Below are positions 46,434-56,682 of a DNA stretch of 64,000 nt, in pieces. Origin of the DNA: Kiritimatiellia bacterium (lineage in GTDB: Bacteria; Verrucomicrobiota; Kiritimatiellia; RFP12; UBA1067); the NCBI GenBank assembly GCA_050949565.1, contig JBMNFY010000011.1, forward strand, positions 32,001-96,000, read 5' to 3'. Below the pieces are notes generated by a model. That model was given only the letters and a program-made list of their open reading frames with translations, made no database searches and was not told where the DNA came from. Each line of letters starts with the position of its first letter. Within the stretch, counting starts at the first letter, position 1. The translations under genes and the position numbers were made by a program.

Positions 46434-46760
46434 TCACTCCCCGTACATTTCCGTAATGGCACGGCGCAGAGCCGCAGCATCGCACTCGGGCAACGACCCC
46501 AGCTTGCGGCCAAACCGTTTTTTGCTGATGGTTCGGATTTGATCAACCGCGATTTCTGCCGGTCTGCCGGCGCATCGGATCTGAATGCGTGACCGCCAGC
46601 CCGGATGTATCTGGCTGGTCAACGGGCAGACCGTCACTGTCGCCAACACCTCATTCAGGGCATCCAGGCTCACAATCACAACCGGCCGTGTCTTGGCAAT
46701 CTCTGATCCACGCACAGGATCCAGTTCTGCCCAAAAAATGTCGTACCGTTTTATATTCAC
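46434..46760 (-). CDS. mazF: PemK/MazF endoribonuclease toxin
   Basis: DIFWAELDPVRGSEIAKTRPVVIVS, VCPLTS, DQIRTISKKR; GTG start overlapping the antitoxin stop. Confidence 0.92.
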   Translation of the reverse strand: MNIKRYDIFWAELDPVRGSEIAKTRPVVIVSLDALNEVLATVTVCPLTSQIHPGWRSRIQIRCAGRPAEIAVDQIRTISKKRFGRKLGSLPECDAAALRRAITEMYGE

Positions 46761-47086
46761 ATCCGCGCCGATTGTTTTGGATGGACGCGATAAGCGGCCG
46801 GTTTTTCAGCCGCCCGTTCTGCCTCCCACGGAACGGTTTCGATTCCATCGGACGCAGTGACCTCCCATGCTAACCAATCCTCTTCCTCGGCGGCCATCGC
46901 CCGCGCCGTTTCCGCCCATGACAACTTTTGCCCCGTCTGCGGTTTCGGGCACAACAAGATGCCATCCTGAGTCTCATTCAGCACAAGCGTCTCCCCCACG
47001 TCGTATCTGCGCAGCACGTCCGCAGGGATTCTCACTCCGCGCGAATTCCCGATCCTCACAACTTTCACCTCAACCGTTTGCATCAT
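46757..47086 (-). CDS. mazE: AbrB/MazE-family antitoxin
   Basis: VVRIGNSRGVRIP; GGAGG RBS; directly upstream of the toxin. Confidence 0.88.
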   Translation of the reverse strand: MMQTVEVKVVRIGNSRGVRIPADVLRRYDVGETLVLNETQDGILLCPKPQTGQKLSWAETARAMAAEEEDWLAWEVTASDGIETVPWEAERAAEKPAAYRVHPKQSARM

Positions 47087-47103
47087 AACCTCCCAACCAA
47101 TAC

Positions 47104-47138
47104 GTAATTACAGTACCAACATTTCGATGCAAGGTCAA
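47104..47138 (-). promoter_or_regulatory. mazEF promoter with putative operator
   Basis: TTGACC-N17-(TG)N-TACTGT; palindrome GTAATTAC (47104-47111) overlaps the -10 end. Confidence 0.6.
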
Positions 47139-47173
47139 CGCTCAACCATGAAACACATGAAACTTCATGAAAA
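47137..47173. repeat. 37-bp direct repeat, copy 2
   Basis: Identical to 46262-46298. Confidence 0.92.
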
Positions 47174-47321
47174 ACCATGCCATGCCTTTCCGTGTGTTCA
47201 GTGTATTCCGTGGTTAAAAACCCCGCGCCACGCCCCCAAAAAACTCTGCGTCTCTGCGCCTCTGCGTTAAAAACCCCGAGCCATGCCCCAAAAATCGTAA
47301 TCTGTGGATGCAAAAAAACGC

Positions 47322-49892
47322 TCAATTCGCCACGATGTTAATCAAGCGGTTGGGGACGCAGATGACCTTACGGATCGTCTTGCCGTCCAAGGCTTCGCGC
47401 ACCGCATCCTGCTCCAGCGCGAGCCGCTGCATCGTCTCCTCGTCGGCCGACGACGGCATCATGACGCGCGCCTTGGGCTTGCCCAGCACCTGCACGAGGA
47501 TCTCCACCTCGTCCACCTTGAGATACTCTTCGTCGTACTCAGGCCAGGGCTCGTAGGCGAGCGTCTTATCGTGCCCCAGACGCTCCCAAAGCTCTTCGCC
47601 CAGATGCGGCGCGAACGGGGACAGCAGCAGCACGAAGGTCTCCGCCGCCTCGCGCGGCAGCGGCTTGGCGTTGCCGGAGAAGCCATTGACGAAGATCATC
47701 ATCTGGCTGATGGCCGTATTGAAACTCATTGCATCGAGATCGTCCGTCACCTTTTTGATGGTGGCGTGCAGCAGACGGCGCTGCTCCGCGTCCAACGGGT
47801 CATCCGTGATCGGCTGTTCCACAACCATACGGAAGGCACGCTTGAGAAAACGGAACACGCCCTCCACACCTTTGGTATTCCAAGGCTTGACCGCCTCCAG
47901 CGGCCCCATGAACATCTCGTACAGGCGCATGCTGTCCGCGCCGTACTCGCGGATGACATCGTCGGGATTGACCACATTCTTCAGCGACTTGGACATCTTG
48001 GCCGGGAACTCGACGAGCTTCTCGCCGGTCTCGGTGTGGAAAGCGCCTTCGGTGCGCTGTTCCACCTTCTCCATCGGCACCAGCGCACCGCGCGCGTCCT
48101 TGTAGGAGAGACCCAGAATCATGCCTTGGTTCACGAGCTTCTGGAACGGCTCAGGGGTTGACACATAGCCCAGATCAAACAGCACCTTGTGCCAGAAGCG
48201 GGAATAGAGCAGATGCAGTACCGCGTGTTCCGCGCCGCCGACGTACAAGTCCACCGGCATCCAATACTTTTCTTTGGCCGTATCGAACGCGGCACGCTCG
48301 TTGCGCGGATCGATGTAGCGCAGATAGTACCAGCAGGAGCCCGCCCACTGCGGCATCGTGTTGGTCTCGCGACGCCCCTTCGCCCCAGTGACCGGATCGG
48401 TGTAATCAAGCCATGCGCCCGCCTTTGCGAGCGGCGGCTCGCCGGTGCCGGTGGGCTTGTAGTCCTCCAACTCGGGCAGGAGCAGCGGCAGATCGTTATC
48501 ATCCACCAGACGGATGGAGCCGTCCTCCATGTGAATCACCGGGAAAGGCTCACCCCAGTAGCGCTGCCGACTGAAGAGCCAGTCGCGCAGCTTGTACTTC
48601 ACCGCGGCCTTGCCGACCCCGCGCGCGGCCAGCCACTCGGTGGTCACGCGCATGGAATCAGCGACAGCCATGCCGTTGATATCGAGCCCCTCGCTATTCG
48701 CCGAGCCGATCATGCGGCCATTGCCGGTCCAGCAGGCGCGGCCGGCCAGCACGTCATCCACAGATACGCCTTCAGCCGCCGCCTCGTCCGCGTCGGGCTC
48801 GATGATGCAGACGATCGGCAACTTGAATGTCTGGGCGAACTCAAAGTCACGCGTGTCATGCGCCGGCACGGCCATGATCGCGCCCGTGCCGTAACTGATC
48901 AGCACGTAGTCGGCGATCCAGATGGGAATCTCTCCGCCGGTCACGGGATTGACCGCGTACGCGCCGGTGAAGACTCCGGTCTTCTCGGTGTTCAGCTCGG
49001 TGCGATCCATGTCGCTCTTACGCGCGGCCTCCTCGCGGTAGCGGTCAACGTCGGTCCGCTGCGCGTCGGTCGTAATGCGCGTCACCAGCGGATGCTCGGG
49101 AGCCAGCACCATGTAGGTCGCACCGAACAGGGTGTCGGGACGCGTGGTGTACACTGTGACCTTTTCGTCGCATCCCGCGATTGTGAAATCGACCTCCGCG
49201 CCCTCCGACTTACCGATCCAATTGCGCTGCATCTCTTTGATGCCTTCCGGCCAGTCCAGTCCGTCCAGATCCGCCAGCAGGCGCTCGGCATACTCTGTGA
49301 TGCGCAGCATCCATTGACGCATCGGCCTGCGGATCACCGGATGGTTGCCGCGTTCGCTGCGTCCGTCGATCACCTCTTCGTTGGCGAGCACCGTACCGAG
49401 TGCGGGGCACCAGTTCACCGGCACCTCGGCCATGTAGGCGAGGCCCTTCTTGTAAAGCTGCGTAAAAATCCACTGCGTCCACTTGTAGTAGCCGGGATCG
49501 GTGGTGTTCACCTCGCGATCCCAATCGTAACTGAATCCCAGCGCTTTGATCTGCTGGCGGAAACGATTAATATTGCGTTCGGTCGTGATCGCGGGATGCG
49601 TACCGGTCTCGACCGCATACTGCTCAGCCGGCAGACCGAATGCGTCCCAGCCCATCGGATGCAGCACGTTGAAACCGCGCATGCGCTTGTACCGGCAAAG
49701 GATGTCCGTCGCCGTATAGCCTTCGGGATGGCCGACGTGCAATCCTGAGCCGCTCGGATACGGAAACATATCGAGGCAATAGAACTTCGGCTTGCCCGCT
49801 TCAAAGTCATTCACCTTGAAGGTTTTGTTCGTCTCCCAATACGTCTGCCATTTTTTTTCAATCGCGGTGAAATCATACTCGTTCGTCGTCAT
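47322..49892 (-). CDS. leuS: Leucine--tRNA ligase
   Basis: [64 protein letters not shown]. Confidence 0.98.
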   Translation of the reverse strand: MTTNEYDFTAIEKKWQTYWETNKTFKVNDFEAGKPKFYCLDMFPYPSGSGLHVGHPEGYTATDILCRYKRMRGFNVLHPMGWDAFGLPAEQYAVETGTHPAITTERNINRFRQQIKALGFSYDWDREVNTTDPGYYKWTQWIFTQLYKKGLAYMAEVPVNWCPALGTVLANEEVIDGRSERGNHPVIRRPMRQWMLRITEYAERLLADLDGLDWPEGIKEMQRNWIGKSEGAEVDFTIAGCDEKVTVYTTRPDTLFGATYMVLAPEHPLVTRITTDAQRTDVDRYREEAARKSDMDRTELNTEKTGVFTGAYAVNPVTGGEIPIWIADYVLISYGTGAIMAVPAHDTRDFEFAQTFKLPIVCIIEPDADEAAAEGVSVDDVLAGRACWTGNGRMIGSANSEGLDINGMAVADSMRVTTEWLAARGVGKAAVKYKLRDWLFSRQRYWGEPFPVIHMEDGSIRLVDDNDLPLLLPELEDYKPTGTGEPPLAKAGAWLDYTDPVTGAKGRRETNTMPQWAGSCWYYLRYIDPRNERAAFDTAKEKYWMPVDLYVGGAEHAVLHLLYSRFWHKVLFDLGYVSTPEPFQKLVNQGMILGLSYKDARGALVPMEKVEQRTEGAFHTETGEKLVEFPAKMSKSLKNVVNPDDVIREYGADSMRLYEMFMGPLEAVKPWNTKGVEGVFRFLKRAFRMVVEQPITDDPLDAEQRRLLHATIKKVTDDLDAMSFNTAISQMMIFVNGFSGNAKPLPREAAETFVLLLSPFAPHLGEELWERLGHDKTLAYEPWPEYDEEYLKVDEVEILVQVLGKPKARVMMPSSADEETMQRLALEQDAVREALDGKTIRKVICVPNRLINIVAN

Positions 49893-49962
49893 AACCGATT
49901 CCCATGGGTTAAAGAAAGTGGCATTGTAGCACGCAGCCCGCGAAACATCCACACCGAGAGAT

Positions 49963-50258
49963 GTTAGTTCATTAGTTCATTAGCGTTAGTGCATTAGTTT
50001 GGTCATCGGGATCGGGATCGCTATCGGGATCGGGATCGCCGCCAGTCAACCTCTCTTTATTGCGGCCACCCAGTGGCTCGCAATGATGAGTGTAAAAACG
50101 GACGGGAGGATGGGCACCGGGCGCGCGCAGGATATGCAATGAGGGGTACAAAACTCCTAACTCCTAAATCCTAAATCCCAACTCCTAAATCCGCGCGTAG
50201 CGCGGCTGCGCGGCGCAAGGTTTTAACCTCATCTTTGTGACCACTGGGTGGTCACAAA
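49963..50258. repeat. Intergenic repeat mosaic: TTAGTTC/TTAGCG heptamers, ATCGGG hexamers, AACTCCT/AAATCCT heptamers, TTG(C/T)G(A/G)CCAC-N3-GTGG palindromes
   Basis: Read directly at 49963-50000, 50005-50038, 50057-50097, 50151-50192 and 50234-50258. Confidence 0.85.
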
Positions 50259-50348
50259 AAGTGGGCGGATTGACTGACGCCGCGCGGAATTGGTACCCTG
50301 AACCAAACTCCAATTGTGAGCCCACCCCGTAAACAGCAGGTGTCCGGT

Positions 50349-52337
50349 ATGATGATCCATGTTCTCCGCGCAAAGAATCGCGTCCCGCTGTGCGTCGCAT
50401 TTGTCGCTTTGGCACTGACCGCCGCATCTCAGTCCATCTACGAAAGCGTATGCGGGGAAGCGCGTCACATTTCGCGTACTTCTCTGGCGGTCGCCGCGCC
50501 GCGCGAGGTTTGGGAGGCCACGCTAAAGCAACGCAGATCGATGTGGCACGAGATGCTGGGGCTGTCGCCCATGCCCGAGCGCGGCCCCCTGAAGGCGACC
50601 GTGACAGGGGTACTCGATCGCGGCGACTATGTGGTCGAGAAGATTCATTTCCAGAGTCTTCCCGGTGCCTACGTGATAGGCAACCTCTACCGTCCGGCGA
50701 AGGTGACCGGACGCCTGCCCGCAGTCTTGTACCTGTGCGGGCACTCCAAAGGGAAGGTCAATCCGCCATATCAGGCTAACCCGCGTTGGTTCGGCCAGCA
50801 CGGATACGTGGCGCTTGTGCTGGATCCCATACAGCTTGGAGAGTCGCAAGGATTTCATCACGGCACCTACAGCGAAAAACGCTGGGATTGGCCCAGCCGG
50901 GGCTACACGCCTTTGGGCACGGAGGTGTGGAATGCCATGCGCGCGCTCGACTACTTGGAGACCCGGCCTGACGTTGACGCTGGTCGCATGGGTGTGACCG
51001 GCCTCAGCGGCGGCGGCGTTGTTTCATGGTGCCTCGGGGCGGCGGACGAACGGGTCAAGGTTGTGGTGCCGGTGTGCCAGAGCGGCAGTATCGAAGACGT
51101 GGCGATAGACCGCTCCGCCGACGGTCACTGCGACTGTGCGTTCTGGATCAACTATTACCGCTGGTGCTGGCCTGACATCGGTTCGCTGATAGCGCCACGC
51201 GCCTTGTTGATCGCCTCCGGCACGGAGGACATCTTGTGGCGTCCGTCAGGTTTCCGTGATGTGGCGCACCGCATCCGCGGCCAGTACATAGCACTGGACG
51301 CTACGGGACACTTTGATCTGGTCGAAGACGTCGCGCCGCACGGTTATACGCCAAAGTTGCGTAAGGCCATTTTTACGTGGTTCAACAGGCACCTGAAGGG
51401 CGACCCCACGCCGGTCGAGGATGACGTGACCGAGTTCGTCGAGCCGGAGGAGAACCTGCTGGTGTTCGGCGGCAAGTTGCCCGCGGACGACCTCACGCGG
51501 ACGATCGACACCGTGCTGGTCCAACATGGCGCGCAGCCTGAAGTCACGACTGCGGCGGAGTGGCAGGCGCACCAGCGGGACGCGCTCGAACGGTTGCGCG
51601 CGTCAACATTCCGTAACATTCCGGCTGACCACGCGCCGCGCGGACGTAACGTCCGCCAAGATGGCAGCACGAAAAACGGAGAGTTTTTCATCACCCGCGA
51701 GTTCGCGTCATGCGACGGACTCAACCTGCGCGTGAAGATCATGCGGCGCGCCGGTGCGCCGCAGCCTGTGCCGACGGTGGCGTACGCCATTCAGCCTGCG
51801 GCGAAAAGCACGTTTTCCGGTGGCGGCTCTTCGCGTCCGGCCATCGCCGCACCACTGACGACCGCCGGCGTCGAGGTTCGCAATACGGGTTTCACTTCGG
51901 TCGGTCCGGGGTACCTGTGGACGTTACGGCGGACCTACCCGCTCTTGGGGCAGACGCTGCCTGAACGGCAGGTGTGCGACCTGCTGGCTGGCATCGCGCT
52001 GTTGCGACGGGACACCCCCACCGGCCCGGTGGCCTTGTACGGGCAGGGACACACGGCGGTGCTGGCGGTTTATGCGGCCTTGCTCGATCCAGAGGTCAGC
52101 GAGGTCATCCTCGCTGGCTTGCCCGAGAGCCACACCGACCCCAATACGCCTGAATTTCTGGGCGTTCTGCGCGTCGGCGATCTGCCGCACAACCTCGCGT
52201 TGCTGTGGCCGCGCCCCATCACGTTCATAGGCACCGTACCGCCAGCTTACGCATACACGCGGCAGGTCTACGAAAAACTAGGCACCGCCGACCGCTTCCG
52301 AGTGATCGACAGTGCGAAAGCATGGCGTCCGCTGTAG
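50349..52337 (+). CDS. Secreted alpha/beta-hydrolase (acetylxylan esterase-like), two-module
   Basis: PAVLYLCGH, MRALDYLETRPDVD..RMGVTGLSGGG nucleophile elbow, HCDC, PHGY; degenerate second module. Confidence 0.85.
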   Translation: MMIHVLRAKNRVPLCVAFVALALTAASQSIYESVCGEARHISRTSLAVAAPREVWEATLKQRRSMWHEMLGLSPMPERGPLKATVTGVLDRGDYVVEKIHFQSLPGAYVIGNLYRPAKVTGRLPAVLYLCGHSKGKVNPPYQANPRWFGQHGYVALVLDPIQLGESQGFHHGTYSEKRWDWPSRGYTPLGTEVWNAMRALDYLETRPDVDAGRMGVTGLSGGGVVSWCLGAADERVKVVVPVCQSGSIEDVAIDRSADGHCDCAFWINYYRWCWPDIGSLIAPRALLIASGTEDILWRPSGFRDVAHRIRGQYIALDATGHFDLVEDVAPHGYTPKLRKAIFTWFNRHLKGDPTPVEDDVTEFVEPEENLLVFGGKLPADDLTRTIDTVLVQHGAQPEVTTAAEWQAHQRDALERLRASTFRNIPADHAPRGRNVRQDGSTKNGEFFITREFASCDGLNLRVKIMRRAGAPQPVPTVAYAIQPAAKSTFSGGGSSRPAIAAPLTTAGVEVRNTGFTSVGPGYLWTLRRTYPLLGQTLPERQVCDLLAGIALLRRDTPTGPVALYGQGHTAVLAVYAALLDPEVSEVILAGLPESHTDPNTPEFLGVLRVGDLPHNLALLWPRPITFIGTVPPAYAYTRQVYEKLGTADRFRVIDSAKAWRPL

Positions 52338-52416
52338 GTCAGGCTTGAGCGGTTGGAGTTGATCGTTTTTGCGAAGCGCCGAAAGGGACAAGCGTCTGCT
52401 TGACCGGTGGCAATGC

Positions 52417-52454
52417 AAAAAAGTACGGCGGGACGTCCTGTCCCGCCGTACTTT
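52417..52454. terminator. Intrinsic terminator, probably bidirectional
   Basis: 15-bp perfect stem AAAGTACGGCGGGAC/GTCCCGCCGTACTTT with 5-nt loop and a 6-T run on the minus strand, downstream of pckG. Confidence 0.8.
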
Positions 52455-52528
52455 ACCACTCCGTGACGAAACACAGAGCAGAGCTTTTACACTCGTCATT
52501 GCGATCCACTGAGTGGTCGCAATAAGGC

Positions 52529-54436
52529 TTACTTCTCCAGCGCGGCTTTGATCTCGGCCAGCTTCGCCTTGAGCGCGTACGGCATGCGACTGCCGAACGG
52601 CTCGTACGATTTAGCGACAGCCTCGATCTCCTTCTTCCAGCCTTCGACGTCCACGGAGAGCAACTCCTTCATCGTCTTCTTCATCTCGGACGCACTACGC
52701 TGCGGATCGACATACCCGGTCATATCGATCGCGTCGGGCGTCGGCAGGAAGCCGATGGGCGTCTCCACCGCCTTGCCCTTGCCTTCGATGCGCTCGCAGA
52801 CCCACTTCAAGACACGGATGTTGTCGCCAAAGCCGTTCCACATGAAGCCCTTTTCGTCCTTGCGGAACCAGTTCGTGAAGAACACCTTGGGCAGCTTGTT
52901 CACATCCGTGCGCAACGGCATGGTCAGCCAATGCAGCATGTAGTCGGCCGCATTGTAGCCGAAGAACGGCAGCATCGCCATCGGGTCACGGCGCACCACG
53001 CCGACCTCAGCGAGGTTAGCGGCGGTGGTTTCGGAGCCGGCGGCGGAACCCATGAACACCGCATGCGTCCAGTCCTTGGCCTGGTTCACCAGCGGGATCA
53101 CAGTCGGACGGCGACCGCCAAACAGGAAGGCGGAAACCGGTACGCCGTTGGGGTCTTCCCACTCGTCGGCGATTACCGGGCACTGCGCGGCAGGCGCGGT
53201 GAAACGGGCGTTCGGATGCGCGGCCTTGACCTTCTTGCCATCTTTGTCGACCGTATCAGGCGTCCAATCGTTGCCCTGCCAGTCGATCGCGTGCGCCGGT
53301 GCCGGCACGCCCATGCCCTCCCACCAGATGTCGCCATCGTCGGTGAGCGCGCAGTTCGTGAAGATCGTGTTTTTCGTGATCGTGCGCATGGCGTTGGGGT
53401 TGCTGTCCATCGAGGTTCCCGGCGCCACACCGAAGAAACCGCTTTCGGGGTTGATCGCATACAGACGGCCATCCGCGCCGATCTTCATCCACGCGATATC
53501 GTCGCCGATCGTCTCGATCTTCCAGCCCGGGAGACGCGGCTCCATCATGGCGAGGTTGGTCTTGCCGCACGCGCTCGGGAAAGCCGCCGTGATGTAATTC
53601 ACCTTGCCCTCCGGCGAGGTGAGCTTCAGGATCAGCATGTGCTCGGCCAGCCAGCCCTCCTTGCGGGCGAGGCTGGAGGCGATACGCAGCGCCAGGCACT
53701 TCTTGCCGAGCAGGGCGTTGCCGCCGTAACCCGAACCGAACGACCAGATCTCGCTCGTCTCGGGGAAGTGCGAGATGTACTTCTTCTCAAGCGGGGCGCA
53801 CGGCCAGGGCACATCCTTCTGCCTCGGCTTCAGCGGCGCGCCGACCGAGTGCAGGCACTTGATAAACTCGCCGTCCTTGCCCAACTGCTTCAGCACCTTC
53901 GTGCCGACGCGGGTCATGATGATCATGTTGACCACAACGTAAGGCGAATCGGTCAGTTCGACGCCGATCTTGGAGATGGGAGAGCCGATCGGCCCCATCG
54001 AGAAGGGGATCACATACAGTGTGCGGCCTTTCATGCACCCCTTATAGAGACCGGTCATCGTCGCCTTCAACTCAGCCGGGGCGACCCAGTTGTTCGTCGG
54101 GCCGGCGTCCTCCTGCTTCGTGGTCGAAATGTACGTGCGGTTTTCGACGCGCGCCACGTCCGACCAGTGCGAGCGAGCCAGATAGCATCCGGGACGCTTC
54201 TTGGGGTTGAGCTTGATAAACGCGCCGCTCTCGACCATGCTTTCGCAAATCGCGGTGTATTCCTTCTTGGTACCGTTACACCAGTAGACATCCTTTGCCT
54301 GGGTCAGCTTGGCAAAATCATTCACCCACTTGATCAGCTCTTCGTGCTGGGTGGGATACTTGGCGGCGGATGCCTTGGCGGCTTTTGTCTTTGCAGTCGT
54401 TTTACACGCGCGTTTTGCAGTCTTCTTACAGGACAT
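52529..54436 (-). CDS. pckG: Phosphoenolpyruvate carboxykinase (GTP)
   Basis: [66 protein letters not shown]; GGAG RBS before MSCKK. Confidence 0.97.
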   Translation of the reverse strand: MSCKKTAKRACKTTAKTKAAKASAAKYPTQHEELIKWVNDFAKLTQAKDVYWCNGTKKEYTAICESMVESGAFIKLNPKKRPGCYLARSHWSDVARVENRTYISTTKQEDAGPTNNWVAPAELKATMTGLYKGCMKGRTLYVIPFSMGPIGSPISKIGVELTDSPYVVVNMIIMTRVGTKVLKQLGKDGEFIKCLHSVGAPLKPRQKDVPWPCAPLEKKYISHFPETSEIWSFGSGYGGNALLGKKCLALRIASSLARKEGWLAEHMLILKLTSPEGKVNYITAAFPSACGKTNLAMMEPRLPGWKIETIGDDIAWMKIGADGRLYAINPESGFFGVAPGTSMDSNPNAMRTITKNTIFTNCALTDDGDIWWEGMGVPAPAHAIDWQGNDWTPDTVDKDGKKVKAAHPNARFTAPAAQCPVIADEWEDPNGVPVSAFLFGGRRPTVIPLVNQAKDWTHAVFMGSAAGSETTAANLAEVGVVRRDPMAMLPFFGYNAADYMLHWLTMPLRTDVNKLPKVFFTNWFRKDEKGFMWNGFGDNIRVLKWVCERIEGKGKAVETPIGFLPTPDAIDMTGYVDPQRSASEMKKTMKELLSVDVEGWKKEIEAVAKSYEPFGSRMPYALKAKLAEIKAALEK

Positions 54437-54706
54437 TTTGGTGATCTCCATGCTTGGTCTTTTTGTCACTCTAGCGGCCCGCCCAAGCTCCGGGCATGAG
54501 CAGCGGTAAAGTTGGCGCAACATGGTACAAATCATTCCCCCCACCGACAAGTGAAATTTTTTTCGACCGCGCTGCCCCTAGGGTTCGATTACGCCACTCA
54601 CCATTAACTAACTTTACACTGCCGTGCATGCTCCCTTATGATGAGTGGTCGAACATCAAGAACGATAAGGGCAATCGGGTGGTGACAGGGGACGGTTAAT
54701 CTCGTA

Positions 54707-54862
54707 CAGTTGGTCCTCGCACTTCGTCGGTTACACCTCGTCGTTTTGTACTTCGGCGCGTACACTTAGTTTCTGCCGAATTGACGACTAAGTGTTTTCG
54801 ACTAAGTGTGTAAGACTAAGTGTGTAGGACTAAGTGTGTAGGACTAAGTGTGTAGGACTAAG
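54707..54862. repeat. 14-bp tandem repeat (GACTAAGTGTGTAG) x6, preceded by about 5 degenerate inverted units
   Basis: GACTAAG at 54786, 54800, 54814, 54828, 54842 and 54856; CACTTAGT-like units at 54707-54771. Confidence 0.88.
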
Positions 54863-54876
54863 GGAGAACGGGCCGC

Positions 54877-56634
54877 ATGGCATGTAAAGGCAGGGAGAGG
54901 CGGGATCGGACGTTGCGGCAGTGTGCTCGCGGCGTGGGTCTGGTGGCCTTGGTTTTCAGTTTGACGGTCGCCTCCCTACTGGCTGTCGACGCCGCGCGTG
55001 TCGGTCCCGCTGAAACGGTTCGCTCTGAAGTGCTGACGCAGGCGCTGGCCCAAAGTCGTAGCGAATCCGCTACAACGCAGACCGTGGCCTTTGCCCGCGA
55101 GATGGACCGTCTGGCGCGCCGTGCCTATTTCAACAGTTTCTCATTCCGCCAGCAGGGCATGGCACTGATGGTACTGGGCCTGCTGATCACCGCCGGCTGT
55201 TTCGGGGTGGCGTACCGGCTGAGTCTGCGCATCCCCGATCCGCGCACCATCGACGGCAATGATCCCGCACGCGCCGATCGCTGGGCGGTGAATGCGGTGC
55301 TAGCGGCCGGCGCGTTGCTGTTGGTCGGCGCGACTATCCTGCAAGTCCGTCAGCGGCACGCTGACTCCGTAGCCGACAGGGCGCTGCGCGCCAGCCTCGT
55401 CAATCCAGCGTTGAAGCCCGGCGAGACGCATGTCTGCCCATGCCGTCGCGGCACCTCGGCCGCCGATCTTGCCGCGCAGTGGCCGTTCCTGCGTGGACCT
55501 GAGATGTCGGGACGCACCACACTCACCAACCTGCCGCTCGCATGGGACGGGACAACCGACAAGAACATCCGCTGGAAAAGCAAACTGCCGCGCGGAGGAT
55601 CCAGCACACCGGCGGTCTGGGGCCAGCGGCTCTTTCTGACGGCAGGCGATGAGCAGACGCGCAGTGTCATGGCGTATGATACCGCAACCGGCGAGTTGCT
55701 CTGGTCCACCGACATCCCGGACGGTGCGAAGGGGGGCGAGCCGTTACCGGAGACCAGTGACGATACCGGATTTGCCGCCTCCTCGCCAGCCTGCGACGAA
55801 TCGCACGTCTATGCCATTTTCGCCAGTGGCGACTTAGCCGCTCTCGATCATGACGGCAAGATCGTCTGGCAACTCTATTTGGGGCGTCCCCATAACACTT
55901 ATGGACACGCTTCGTCGCTCGTCTACTGTGGCGAGATGCTGATCGTGCAGTGGGATCAAGAGGAGCACAGCCGCATTCTGGCACTCGATAAGACCTGCGG
56001 ACGCACGCTCTGGGAGACCCCGCGCACGGCCGGCATGTCTTGGAGCACGCCGCTGATCATGCCGCTGTGTGACGGCTACGTACTGTTGGTGCATGCCAGC
56101 GGCAAGACGTGTGGCATGGAGTTGGCGACCGGCAAGAAACTCTGGGAGGTCGAAGCCGTTACTGGAGAGATCGCTCCGTCGCTGACATGGGAGAAGGATA
56201 TCTGGTTGGCCGCAAACTGCTACTCACGCATGGTGGCGTACCGGATGCCGCAAGAGGGTGCACCGGAGATGCTCTGGGAGTGGGATGAAGGCAATCTGCC
56301 GGATGTCGCCAGCCCGGTGATCGCAGACGGACTCGTCTTTCTGGCTACTGACGCCGGCGAAGTCCTCTGCCATGACTTGGCTGACGGCAAGCAACTGTGG
56401 TACAAGGAGTTTGAGGACGGCTACTATGCCTCGCCTGTCGCTGCCGAGGGCCGGGTCTACATCGTGGATCGCAAGAAGGGGCTGTTCCGCGTCTATGCCG
56501 TCGCACGTGAGGCCAAGGAGTTGTCCGTCAACCCGATGGGCGAGGCGGTCTGCGCCACGCCGGCCTTTGCCAATGGGCAGATCTTCGTGCGCGGCCACAG
56601 CCACCTCTGGTGTATCGGTGCGGGCGCGCCGTGA
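54877..56634 (+). CDS. PQQ-type beta-propeller protein with N-terminal TM helices
   Basis: WPFLRGP, NIRWKSKLP..GSSTPAVWG, GELLW/GKIVW/GKKLW repeats, ATPAFANGQIFVRG. Confidence 0.85.
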   Translation: MACKGRERRDRTLRQCARGVGLVALVFSLTVASLLAVDAARVGPAETVRSEVLTQALAQSRSESATTQTVAFAREMDRLARRAYFNSFSFRQQGMALMVLGLLITAGCFGVAYRLSLRIPDPRTIDGNDPARADRWAVNAVLAAGALLLVGATILQVRQRHADSVADRALRASLVNPALKPGETHVCPCRRGTSAADLAAQWPFLRGPEMSGRTTLTNLPLAWDGTTDKNIRWKSKLPRGGSSTPAVWGQRLFLTAGDEQTRSVMAYDTATGELLWSTDIPDGAKGGEPLPETSDDTGFAASSPACDESHVYAIFASGDLAALDHDGKIVWQLYLGRPHNTYGHASSLVYCGEMLIVQWDQEEHSRILALDKTCGRTLWETPRTAGMSWSTPLIMPLCDGYVLLVHASGKTCGMELATGKKLWEVEAVTGEIAPSLTWEKDIWLAANCYSRMVAYRMPQEGAPEMLWEWDEGNLPDVASPVIADGLVFLATDAGEVLCHDLADGKQLWYKEFEDGYYASPVAAEGRVYIVDRKKGLFRVYAVAREAKELSVNPMGEAVCATPAFANGQIFVRGHSHLWCIGAGAP

Positions 56635-56682
56635 CCACCGCGCCGTTTTTATTTCACAGCTTTTTCAGAACAGGTCGTCAAT

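Noticed and set aside
46262-47220. Bona fide integron
   Set aside because: No integron integrase in the window, and the RYYYAAC/GTTRRRY pairing is incomplete; kept only as a cassette-like hypothesis.
54786-54862. Possible CRISPR array or plasmid iterons
   Set aside because: Head-to-tail 14-mers with no spacers; no rep or cas gene nearby; chromosomal context.
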